Shown here: positions 21,598 to 30,099 of the stretch, piece by piece
Position numbering within the stretch: position 1 is the first letter of the stretch
How the letters are laid out: each line of letters begins with the position of its first letter
Origin: Euryarchaeota archaeon UBA62
Lineage (GTDB): Archaea > Thermoplasmatota > Poseidoniia > Poseidoniales > Thalassarchaeaceae
Reading direction: 5' to 3'
Assembly: GCA_002502095.1 (NCBI GenBank)
Contig: DAPJ01000022.1
Location: forward strand, 1,149 to 65,148
Length of the DNA stretch: 64,000 nt
The notes under the pieces: generated by a model
The model's database searches: none
What the model was told of the DNA's origin: nothing
What the model saw: the letters and a program-made list of their open reading frames with translations, nothing else
Position numbers and translations under genes: made by a program

Positions 21598-22670
21598 TGG
21601 TTACCCCCTTCATAATCTGGATCTTCTACCCATTCCTGTGTATCCGGATTCCACAGCCATCCAGGGTTCTCCTCAGACCTGATCATCTCTGATGAGGCCA
21701 CTATCTGAGTCTGGTCCATATCATCTCTCTGATTAGGAGGATATAGCCGAGCTTGTAGAGTGACCAAAAATGAAATTATCAATAACGCGAAGGCAAAAGA
21801 GTGTGCTCTGGCTGACCACACATCGCCCTCGAATGGAGGCGGGGCAGTTCCCATCTTCAGCCAAGGCTGTTCTATGGAGAAGGTTCCATTGAACGTTGTT
21901 ACTCTATACAAAATATTAGCCTCACCCATTGTAGCAGGAATACTGACTTCCCAGTCATTACATACATCTTCTGAGTCTTCTTTACAAACCAACTCTGCAA
22001 TAGTAGGGTTCCACTCTCCTTCAAGCATCCATTCCACACTTATGTCAGTCGAGTTCCTAGTGCTGATGGACAATGGACTGCTATCCCCAGAGACTCTGAA
22101 TGAGGGAGCAACCCAGTCATCAGCTAGACCAGGAAGGCCTTCGGGGACGTCTTGGACATTAATCTCAAACGGTTCACTAACGCCATAGAATGCCTTGTCC
22201 CCCGCATAAGAACCATGGTGGATTTCTGCATACAGGACATGGCTGCCAGAACTCTCAGGCGAAAGTAAAACCCAAGTTACTGTAACTGAGCCAGAGGAAG
22301 ATACCTTCGTCTCGATGTAATTGGATGATCCCCCGTTGGGATCTTGAATCAAATGCCAACCATGGTCTTCTGGAGTATCTGAATTTCCATTCAGGGAACC
22401 TAGGATGAATATTCCAACTATCTGGCTGGGGGTACTGATATCATCTATTGTTATGTGAATGGCGACAGCCTGTCCTGAAAATGCCTCATTACCGAGTGTT
22501 AACTCAATGGTTGCATCTGAAGGCATACTTAGTGCTGGATCGCCATGACAGGATCCTCCGCAAGAGTAGTCTCTATTTCCATCACCGTTTCCTCCCGGGT
22601 TTGCAACAGAGCTGCCTGGGGCTAGAATCAGTGTGATACAAATAAGCACCACGACTGCGTTCCTTTTCAT
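21594..22670 (-). CDS. Secreted, C-terminally membrane-anchored protein with an N-terminal Cys-x3-Cys-His-Gly module
   Basis: The signal peptide is MKRNAVVVLICITLILAPGSSVA. SCGGSCHG follows at residues 36-43. A TM helix lies near the C-terminus (FAFALLIISFLVTL) and is followed by an acidic tail. Confidence 0.7.
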   Translation of the reverse strand: MKRNAVVVLICITLILAPGSSVANPGGNGDGNRDYSCGGSCHGDPALSMPSDATIELTLGNEAFSGQAVAIHITIDDISTPSQIVGIFILGSLNGNSDTPEDHGWHLIQDPNGGSSNYIETKVSSSGSVTVTWVLLSPESSGSHVLYAEIHHGSYAGDKAFYGVSEPFEINVQDVPEGLPGLADDWVAPSFRVSGDSSPLSISTRNSTDISVEWMLEGEWNPTIAELVCKEDSEDVCNDWEVSIPATMGEANILYRVTTFNGTFSIEQPWLKMGTAPPPFEGDVWSARAHSFAFALLIISFLVTLQARLYPPNQRDDMDQTQIVASSEMIRSEENPGWLWNPDTQEWVEDPDYEGGNQ

Positions 22671-25318
22671 TCTGATTTCCTCCTTGCCTCTGTGACAGCA
22701 AATATCAGAGATAGAACACCCAGAGTGGCCATTAATCCGGATATTGCTAACGATATGGTAGGGGACACTTCCTCAGTTGATTCTTGTGTGGCTGAAGCAA
22801 TGGAAGTCGCATCTACACTGATGTGATTCTGTCCATCGACAATCCAAACTACCTCTTGGTTTTCAACTACTGATGTCACGACATAGTACAGTGTAGTAGC
22901 AACAGGGACGGGTTCGCTCCATTCCTGATATGTAGTAGAGCCGACAGGGGTCAATGGAGTGGGTATTGGTTCACCCCACACTGGAATCTCATCGAACATC
23001 GTTAATCCAACCACTGAAGATATCGGCGTAGTAGATCTGTAAATCCTATATTCATCTGATGAACCAGCCCAAACTAGGTTCACTTGATCTCCATCCAGAG
23101 TTGCTACAAGGGATAGAGGAGTCTGCGGTTCATCATAGACAATGCTCGAAGTCGATGATTGGACTTCCTGCATATTGTCAGTTACAGTCAGCGAGATAGA
23201 GTGAGGTCCCGGACCCATAATGACATCAATAGTACTTCCAGATACCTCAACACCGTCTATTATCCACAGATAGGATGAAACTTCTCCATCTGGATCAAAG
23301 GAGCTGGTTGCATCAAAGGTAGCTACAGACCCAGATATTGGAGGAGATGGAGATACGGACCAGAGTGGAACCGGAGGTAGGTTTGCTATTGTTACTGAAG
23401 CTGAGGAATTAGTACCCAGCCCCCATGGATCTGTCGCAGTTACTACCACTTCCCAGAGTTGTCCTGGCTCTAGTCTGTTCGAGTTTACAGTATCGTTTCC
23501 ACCTAGATCAGAAACGATGAAACCATCCCTGAACCATGAGTAGTCGAGTTCGACAGGTTCATTGTCGGGATCCCTAGTTATGGTAATTGCCAGCAGATCA
23601 TTCAAGGAGTCTGGAGAGGTTACCATATCCCCAATTGGTGAGTTCTCCAGAGTAACTTCTAGGATTATTGGTCGAGCATTTTCAACTACTCTCGAGTTGG
23701 TCTTCATTGAGGTCCCGAGACCCTCTCCATCTCCTGGAATGACTTGTACTGACCAGTGTTCATCTCTATCCACCTCAGTGGAGGGTATTGAGTAAAGGCC
23801 GTCATAGTCAGTGATCCACTCACCATCAACCCACCATCTAATTTGACTGGCTTGCTCCAAATCTCCGTCGATATCAAATTGCTCCCATTCCACATACAGA
23901 TCAGAGTCAGTTGTCAGTTTTCCCTGTGGCAAGAGTGAGATATTAGTTACAACTGGAGGGGTATTAACAATAGTTACAGAATCTGTTACGAACCACTCAG
24001 ACCAGACTAGGCCATCGAATACTCGAACATGGGACTCCCACGTTTCTCCCTTGGAGGTGAAGGATGGGTCAACCACTGTCTCGTCATTGAATGCTGCCAC
24101 CATGGCAGAATCTCTGAACCATCGAATTTCTGTAGACTGGATTGTGTCCCCATCAGGATCGTAGGGGGTGTAAATTAGTTGTAAGGAGTCAGTAGTTACA
24201 GTATTTCCAGTAGTGGAGATGAATGCAGAAACGGAGGGCCCCGTATTGGAAGATCCTATGACAACTATCCCACTGTAAACTGTTAGTCCGAAGTCCGAGG
24301 AATCGTGAGGAGTGATAGAAACCTCCCATTCATCACCGGACCTTATCATAAAGCTGGATACAGCTTCTTCTCCGTCTAACTCCGGGACTCTAGAGCCATC
24401 TAGGAACCAATAAATTGTAGTCTGTTGGTCGTCCTGTGGATCTCCATCAAGGTCATAGTACTCCCAGTTCAATGTGAGGTCGTCATCATCCATTGGAGAT
24501 TCTGGACCTATTGACAAGTCTCTGGCGATTGGAGCAGTATTTCCTATTGAGATAGGATCTAAGGAAACCGTATCTCCAAATTCATTTCCATCATTGGGAG
24601 TAACCTCTACTCTCCAGCTCTGATCCTTGGAAATCCAAGAGTTTGGAATATCGGTTAGATCATCAATCTGAGTAACTCTAAGACCGTCCCTGAACCAGTG
24701 GATAGATGTGCCTTGCTCGAAATCTCCGTCCTCGTCATAGTATGTGTAGCTGACTCCCAGTCCAGTCTCCTTAGTTGGAGAGGATGGGACATAGCTCACT
24801 GATGATACCGTAGGAGGGGTGTTTGTGGAGCCAGAGTCTTCACTTGACTGATGAGTTAGAGTTGCCCATCCATCTCCGGCATTATTTCCATTGCCATTAG
24901 CAGCCATCACCGCCAACGAGAATGTAACGGTACCTGAGCCAGCTGATGGAGCGGTCCAGTCCAAAGACCAGCTTCTATAGTCTGGGAATTGATGAGTTGC
25001 TTGGTTTCCTGCGGAGTTGACTTGTGTGTTCATTATTCCAAATCCAGTAGCTAGGGTTCCATCGGACACCTGTAAGTTGAATCCTCCCTTGGAGCCAGAT
25101 ACGCCCCCATTCATCCCTATATTCAACGAATAGCTCTGTCCGGGCGAGTAAGTGGAAGGAAAGTTGTGAGTTGGTGTTGGAGAGGCGGCAGAGCCCCCAT
25201 GACAATTGCATCCATTTGAAGAATTATACTTACCACCACTGTTGGCTATTGCCATCTGAGAGGCAGATGATAGAAGTAAGAATATCACAATCACCGAGAT
25301 GACCCCGCGTCGTGGCAT
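22667..25318 (-). CDS. Secreted multi-domain surface protein: Cys-x-Cys-His-Gly module, five tandem DxDGD modules, PKD-like and FN3-like domains, C-terminal TM anchor
   Basis: The signal peptide is MPRRGVISVIVIFLLLSSASQMAIA, followed by GCNCHG at residues 36-41. Repeated Y-x-D-x-DGD...W-F-x-DG modules follow. FDATSSFDPDGEVSSYLW is PKD-like. The C-terminal TM is ISLAISGLMATLGVLSLIFAV. Confidence 0.75.
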   Translation of the reverse strand: MPRRGVISVIVIFLLLSSASQMAIANSGGKYNSSNGCNCHGGSAASPTPTHNFPSTYSPGQSYSLNIGMNGGVSGSKGGFNLQVSDGTLATGFGIMNTQVNSAGNQATHQFPDYRSWSLDWTAPSAGSGTVTFSLAVMAANGNGNNAGDGWATLTHQSSEDSGSTNTPPTVSSVSYVPSSPTKETGLGVSYTYYDEDGDFEQGTSIHWFRDGLRVTQIDDLTDIPNSWISKDQSWRVEVTPNDGNEFGDTVSLDPISIGNTAPIARDLSIGPESPMDDDDLTLNWEYYDLDGDPQDDQQTTIYWFLDGSRVPELDGEEAVSSFMIRSGDEWEVSITPHDSSDFGLTVYSGIVVIGSSNTGPSVSAFISTTGNTVTTDSLQLIYTPYDPDGDTIQSTEIRWFRDSAMVAAFNDETVVDPSFTSKGETWESHVRVFDGLVWSEWFVTDSVTIVNTPPVVTNISLLPQGKLTTDSDLYVEWEQFDIDGDLEQASQIRWWVDGEWITDYDGLYSIPSTEVDRDEHWSVQVIPGDGEGLGTSMKTNSRVVENARPIILEVTLENSPIGDMVTSPDSLNDLLAITITRDPDNEPVELDYSWFRDGFIVSDLGGNDTVNSNRLEPGQLWEVVVTATDPWGLGTNSSASVTIANLPPVPLWSVSPSPPISGSVATFDATSSFDPDGEVSSYLWIIDGVEVSGSTIDVIMGPGPHSISLTVTDNMQEVQSSTSSIVYDEPQTPLSLVATLDGDQVNLVWAGSSDEYRIYRSTTPISSVVGLTMFDEIPVWGEPIPTPLTPVGSTTYQEWSEPVPVATTLYYVVTSVVENQEVVWIVDGQNHISVDATSIASATQESTEEVSPTISLAISGLMATLGVLSLIFAVTEARRKSE
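23375..24817 (-). repeat. Five tandem ~95-100 aa protein modules inside the 883-aa surface protein
   Basis: The recurring pattern is YYDEDGDFEQGTSIHWFRDG, YYDLDGDPQDDQQTTIYWFLDG, YDPDGDTIQSTEIRWFRD, FDIDGDLEQASQIRWWVDG and DPDNEPVELDYSWFRDG. Each is followed by W-x-V-x-V-x-P-x-DG-like strands and an N-x-x-P linker. Confidence 0.7.
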
Positions 25319-25407
25319 GGCTAACTATGGGAGATGCGGACTGAATAAATTCATTGGTTTGAATTGGACAAATCATCCGCTGCATTCATTGATTGTCCCC
25401 TCGTCGG

Positions 25408-27474
25408 ATGGCCATGGGACCGATTGAGAAGGTGGCAATCATTGGTGCGGGTAATATGGGTTCTGGGATAGCACAGAAGAGTGCCCAAGAGCGATTCGCG
25501 GTTCAAATGGTAGATAGGGAGCAAGAGTGGGTAGACAGAGGACACGGGATTGTGTCAGAGTTTCTGAAGGAAGCAGAGGAGCGTAGGATATTCAACTCTA
25601 AGCAGGTAGAGCAGATTAAGTCAAGAATTACTGGCGTAGTGGGAACAGAGAATGTTGATCCATCGACAGATCTAGTCATTGAAGCTGTTTTCGAGGATTT
25701 TGATGTTAAAAGAACCGTCTTTGAGACTTTGAACGATGTTTGCGATAGTCATACCATTCTGGCCAGCAATACATCTTCGTTGTCTGTGGACAAGCTGGCA
25801 TCATCTACTGGCAGACCGGATAGGTTTGTGGGCCTACACTTCTTCTATCACCCTGCAAAGAATAGACTTGTTGAGGTGATTCCAGCTGCTGAAAGCTCCG
25901 AGAGAAGTATCAAGCTGGTGGAACAGTACTGTAAGTCAATGGGAAAGGTAGTGATTGTTTGCAAAGACCGACCGGGCTTTGTGGTAAATCGATTCTTCGT
26001 ACCATGGCTAAATGAAGCCTGCAAGCTTTTGGAAGAGGGAGTAGGGAGCACCGCACAGATTGACTCGGTTGCTAGATCCGCTTTCAATATTGGAATGGGT
26101 CCATTCGCCTTGATGAATCTAACAGGACCGCCCATCGCATTACATTCAACCGATTACTTAGCCAAACAGTTGGATACGCCCAGATATATCGCAACAGACT
26201 CCCTTAGGAATCTAGTAGAAGGCGGGCGATTATGGGAAATTGCAGATGATGAAGAATGTGACGAGGCTACTAAGAGAATAATTTCCGAGAGGCTTCTGGG
26301 ACAGGTTTTCTCTGTTTCTGCTCAGATTGTTGAGGAGGAGGTATGCTCAATGGAAGATGTTGACAGAGGGGCTAAGGTTGGATTGAGATGGGCGAAAGGA
26401 CCGTTCGAGATCGCTAATGAAATAGGAGTCAGTGAAGCCTCAAGGATGGCTGTTAATTATTCACAAATGGCTGGGATAGAGCTCCCGAGGTGGTTCTCCG
26501 ATAGAAAAGAGGAGTTCGAGTTCTCCTATGTTGATTTAAGCGTGGAAGGTGAAATTGCAAGAGTCAGATTGAATCGACCAGAGGCAATGAATGCTCTAAA
26601 TGTCAGCCTTGTCTCCCAATTGGGGGAGATTGTGGATGAAATTAATTCCAGAGTAGACATTTCCACAGTTGTATTCGAGGGGGCTGGCAAAGCCTTTGTC
26701 GCAGGAGCAGATGTAAAATTCTTCGTGGATAAGCTCAGTGAGGACTCTTTCAGAGATATATACGAATTCACATCAGACGGGCACGATGTTCTCAATAGTA
26801 TCGAGAGATGCGAGAAGACAACCATTGCCCTAACGACGGGATTGGCACTGGGAGGGGGTCTTGAACTAGCGCTTTCCTGCGATTACAGGATTGGTACTAG
26901 GAGGACTCAATTCAGATTTCCAGAAACATCGATAGGAATTTACCCTGGCCTTGGAGGGACACAGAGAACTGCGAGGATTTGTGGTGTTGAATGCGCAAGA
27001 TATGCAGTTCTGGCTGGTAACTTCCTAGATTCATCGACAGCACTAGATCTAGGTCTGCTGACACACAAAGTAGAGTCCTCCGATGTAGAAGATACTGTAA
27101 TTTCTCTGGTGGGCAAGAAGCCTGACCAGAAGTATCCCGGAGAACCATTGAACGATGATAGTGAAGTTGCCCTCTTCGCGAAAGACTTCTATTCTGATGA
27201 GAATATTGAGGTGTTGGTTTCTGGAAAGGTACCCGAGAACTACGATTCGGAGGACCCTAGAGTTTCAAGACAGATAAAATCCCTATCAAGAGCAGCCCCT
27301 ATAGCGCTCAGTATAGCGAGTGATTTACTGTCCGATGTAAGAACCGGAGCCTCTCTAGAGGATGGGCTTAAGCTCGAGCTACAAAAACTGGAAGAGATCT
27401 TCAGTACAAAAGATGCAGAGGAAGGGCTCAGTGCTCTGATCGAGGGAAGGCGTCCAAAGTACAACTCATCCTAG
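25408..27474 (+). CDS. Bifunctional 3-hydroxyacyl-CoA dehydrogenase (N-terminal) / enoyl-CoA hydratase (C-terminal)
   Basis: The Rossmann motif VAIIGAGNMGSGIA and the HAD-like GFVVNRF are present. The C-terminal crotonase motifs are LNRPEAMNAL, FVAGADVKFF and FPETSIGIYPGLGGTQR. The track start at 25393 is TTG; ATGs occur at 25408 and 25414. Confidence 0.9.
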   Translation: MAMGPIEKVAIIGAGNMGSGIAQKSAQERFAVQMVDREQEWVDRGHGIVSEFLKEAEERRIFNSKQVEQIKSRITGVVGTENVDPSTDLVIEAVFEDFDVKRTVFETLNDVCDSHTILASNTSSLSVDKLASSTGRPDRFVGLHFFYHPAKNRLVEVIPAAESSERSIKLVEQYCKSMGKVVIVCKDRPGFVVNRFFVPWLNEACKLLEEGVGSTAQIDSVARSAFNIGMGPFALMNLTGPPIALHSTDYLAKQLDTPRYIATDSLRNLVEGGRLWEIADDEECDEATKRIISERLLGQVFSVSAQIVEEEVCSMEDVDRGAKVGLRWAKGPFEIANEIGVSEASRMAVNYSQMAGIELPRWFSDRKEEFEFSYVDLSVEGEIARVRLNRPEAMNALNVSLVSQLGEIVDEINSRVDISTVVFEGAGKAFVAGADVKFFVDKLSEDSFRDIYEFTSDGHDVLNSIERCEKTTIALTTGLALGGGLELALSCDYRIGTRRTQFRFPETSIGIYPGLGGTQRTARICGVECARYAVLAGNFLDSSTALDLGLLTHKVESSDVEDTVISLVGKKPDQKYPGEPLNDDSEVALFAKDFYSDENIEVLVSGKVPENYDSEDPRVSRQIKSLSRAAPIALSIASDLLSDVRTGASLEDGLKLELQKLEEIFSTKDAEEGLSALIEGRRPKYNSS

Positions 27475-27626
27475 AGATTCTTCAGGGGCGACTGAACCCA
27501 AGCTGGGGCCCTGTAGTTTGCTATAGCCGCAAAAAGTATCGAGCTGACACTTATGCTATGTATCTCTCCAGAAATATCTTGTTCTCCAATCGTTTCTTCA
27601 ATCCATTGTTCTAGAAATTTATCCAT
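27471..27626 (-). CDS. Possible 51-aa small protein (below the track cut-off)
   Basis: AGGAGG lies 7 nt upstream of the ATG (27626-27624). It encodes MDKFLEQWIEETIGEQDISGEIHSISVSSILFAAIANYRAPAWVQSPLKNL. It is divergent from the HxlR-type regulator, and its stop overlaps the convergent upstream gene by 4 nt. Confidence 0.35.
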   Translation of the reverse strand: MDKFLEQWIEETIGEQDISGEIHSISVSSILFAAIANYRAPAWVQSPLKNL

Positions 27627-27753
27627 TCTTGTTGCCTCCTACTGGTGTAGATTTCACACCGACCTCTGGAATCTACTATTTGATTGGCATAGTGAAGGCG
27701 ATTACACGTAGGTGCATTTTATACACTAGATACCTTGTGGAATACCTGTTATT

Positions 27754-28209
27754 ATGCCAGGGGAGCCACTTAGGTTAACAAAAAGAGACATAAGAAAGGT
27801 TGAGAAGCAGGTTGATGAAGTGATGCTTCTTGGTAAGGAAATACGTACGCTATTCTCTAAGTATAATGATGAAGAGTTCGATATTAGTTGGGAAGTAGAT
27901 TCTGCAGTAGATGCGTTCTCAGTATTCAGCTCAAGATGGACCACTGAGATTTTGGCCACTCTATACATTGCTGGAGATCGTAGATTTAACGAGATGCGGA
28001 GCTTGCTGAGGGGAATAAGTAGTCGTACCCTATCTGATAAACTGACAACGTGCGTGGACTACGGTTTAGTGGAGAGATTAGTCGAGGACGGTCCACCGGT
28101 TAGAGTAACATACACCCTTACTGAGCATGGCCGAAGGGCAGGCAAACTACTTTCACCACTAGTGGCCTACATGAAAATACATAATGGTAAAATCGAAGGT
28201 CCCAAGTGA
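27754..28209 (+). CDS. HxlR-family winged-helix transcriptional regulator
   Basis: WTTEILATLYIAGDRRFNEMRSLLRGISSRTLSDKLTTCVDYGLVER...VTYTLTEHG matches the HxlR/DUF24 core. Confidence 0.8.
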   Translation: MPGEPLRLTKRDIRKVEKQVDEVMLLGKEIRTLFSKYNDEEFDISWEVDSAVDAFSVFSSRWTTEILATLYIAGDRRFNEMRSLLRGISSRTLSDKLTTCVDYGLVERLVEDGPPVRVTYTLTEHGRRAGKLLSPLVAYMKIHNGKIEGPK

Positions 28210-28262
28210 ACTCCTCATACAGGATTTCGTATGAGCATTAAGACACATCATTAAAACCCCAC

Positions 28263-28934
28263 ATGTCAACCAAACAAATTATGGCACTAGTTGACCAATG
28301 GAAAGCAACTCGCCCATGGTACGTTGACTCAATCGGTGCATTGGCAGGAGCAGCGCTAGGTTTGGGAGGTGGTTTCCAACTATTATTTCCCGCAGCACAG
28401 GGTACCATGATTGCCCACAGAGAGACGGGTTGGGAGCACCCATTGAGACTCAGAATTATTGAGACATTGGAAAAATCTCCAGGCATACACTTCAGGGAGC
28501 TTCAAAGAAGACTATCCGCAGCAAATGGTACACTACGTCACCATCTTGACAGTCTCACTAAGGAAGGAATAGTTACAGTGGTACCAGTTAACGGACGAAC
28601 TTGCTACTACTTCGGTGCTCCAGCACAGGTCGAGATTCTGGAGGGGACCGGGGTCACCGATGATTCTAGGGCAGCTGCAATGATGCCTGTTGGCCTCTCA
28701 GAAGTTCAGAGAGTGGTAGTAGCAAGGCTTACCGAGGAAGAGGGGGTCGAGTCTCAAGCTCAATTGGCTAGAGACCTTGGAAGATCTAGAGCATCTGTCC
28801 ACTCAGCAATATCTGTACTCAGAAAAAGAGGGATTGTAACTCAATCTGGTCTATCTCTTGCTCCACATCTAGATGGTTTGAGGAGATCCAAAGTCGAGTA
28901 TCCATGGCTTAACATCAGAGTAGACTGTTCGTAA
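28263..28934 (+). CDS. Membrane-associated double winged-helix (ArsR/TrmB-like) regulator
   Basis: An N-terminal hydrophobic segment is followed by LRLRIIETLEKSPGIHFRELQRRLSAANGTLRHHLDSLTKEGIV. A second wHTH is QAQLARDLGRSRASVHSAISVLRKRGIV. Confidence 0.6.
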   Translation: MSTKQIMALVDQWKATRPWYVDSIGALAGAALGLGGGFQLLFPAAQGTMIAHRETGWEHPLRLRIIETLEKSPGIHFRELQRRLSAANGTLRHHLDSLTKEGIVTVVPVNGRTCYYFGAPAQVEILEGTGVTDDSRAAAMMPVGLSEVQRVVVARLTEEEGVESQAQLARDLGRSRASVHSAISVLRKRGIVTQSGLSLAPHLDGLRRSKVEYPWLNIRVDCS

Positions 28935-28967
28935 TTGTCAAAGTGTTGATAATTGTCTTATTTCATA

Positions 28968-28979
28968 CCCAATATTGGG
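28968..28979. promoter_or_regulatory. Perfect 12-bp palindrome CCCAATATTGGG upstream of the third wHTH gene (candidate operator)
   Basis: Read directly from the sequence, 29 nt upstream of the ATG at 29008. It is preceded by two TAATTGTC direct repeats (28932-28939 and 28950-28957). Confidence 0.3.
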
Positions 28980-29007
28980 AATTCTATAGAACCCCCAATC
29001 TCGGGGC

Positions 29008-30099
29008 ATGGTTGTGTTCAGGCTAAGACTGGTCGAGTTTCCGATGCCCACAGGAAGTACAAATCCTGATGTCTTACTAGCATGGCTCCTAGATTCTATG
29101 GGTCTGGTAAGGAGGAAAAGTGAGGGAGGAGGTATTGAGGAGGGCCAAGGTGCACTTCATCGAATCATGACTGAGGCTTTTCTGAAAGAACCGTTGGGAG
29201 GGTGGGATGCAAAATCACTCTGTGAAGTGACTGGGCTTTCTCAAACTGGTATTCATCATCAACTGGTAAAACTGAGAGAATGTGGCTTAATATCGTCAAA
29301 TACTGATGGAGGATGGCATATTCATGTTCTGAGAGGAGGGAGTATTTCCTCGGCCGTGGAGCTAGTTACCAATGAGGCAAGAGCTGTACTAAAATTGAGA
29401 ATGAAGGAGCTTTCTGGTTCTATATCGCAGTCTGATGAAAGGATGGCAGTAAATGCACCAGATGAGGTTCTTCCATTCAGAATAATGATTTCAGAGCCAG
29501 GCCCGATATCAGAAGATGATGGCCATCTAGAGTCATTGGCTAGAGATCTAGGGCTATCTGGAGAGAGAGCTCGCATTGGAGACAGTCTGGCGAGTAAAAT
29601 CCTAATCGAGCTATGTACATCTAGCGATCCGAGAACTATTCTTGCACTTTCAGACAAGATGGGAGAGACTCGCTCTAGAGTGGGCAGATCGGTTGACAAG
29701 ATGAGGGGGGCTGGATTAGTTCAGAGAGTCCCCATGATGAACAGGATAGCTCAGGATATCTTTGTCGGAGTAATGAGGCAATTTCATGCCAGAGGTGAAG
29801 AGTGGCTTATGACAAGAGGAGGGTTGGGGAGGATTGATGACGATGCTTCGAAGAAGTTGATCTCTGGTGCGAAGAGTGAGTCTTTGAGCATTGAAAAGGT
29901 TGAGGAGATATTGTCCGATATTGAGCTAGATTCCCAAAAGATACTCCTCAATACACTAGGAGGTAGAATGCCCTATGGGTTCAGGATTTCTGGCGAAGAT
30001 GGAGATGTGGTCACAGAGAATGTGATGAGGAGTACGGATAGAACGCTCAGAAGACTGAAGACAGTGTCTCAGAGATTGGAAGATGCAATTTCAGGCTGA
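29008..30099 (+). CDS. Multi-wHTH (ArsR-like) putative transcriptional regulator
   Basis: SLCEVTGLSQTGIHHQLVKLRECGLIS and ILALSDKMGETRSRVGRSVDKMRGAGLVQR are HTH-like segments. Confidence 0.5.
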   Translation: MVVFRLRLVEFPMPTGSTNPDVLLAWLLDSMGLVRRKSEGGGIEEGQGALHRIMTEAFLKEPLGGWDAKSLCEVTGLSQTGIHHQLVKLRECGLISSNTDGGWHIHVLRGGSISSAVELVTNEARAVLKLRMKELSGSISQSDERMAVNAPDEVLPFRIMISEPGPISEDDGHLESLARDLGLSGERARIGDSLASKILIELCTSSDPRTILALSDKMGETRSRVGRSVDKMRGAGLVQRVPMMNRIAQDIFVGVMRQFHARGEEWLMTRGGLGRIDDDASKKLISGAKSESLSIEKVEEILSDIELDSQKILLNTLGGRMPYGFRISGEDGDVVTENVMRSTDRTLRRLKTVSQRLEDAISG

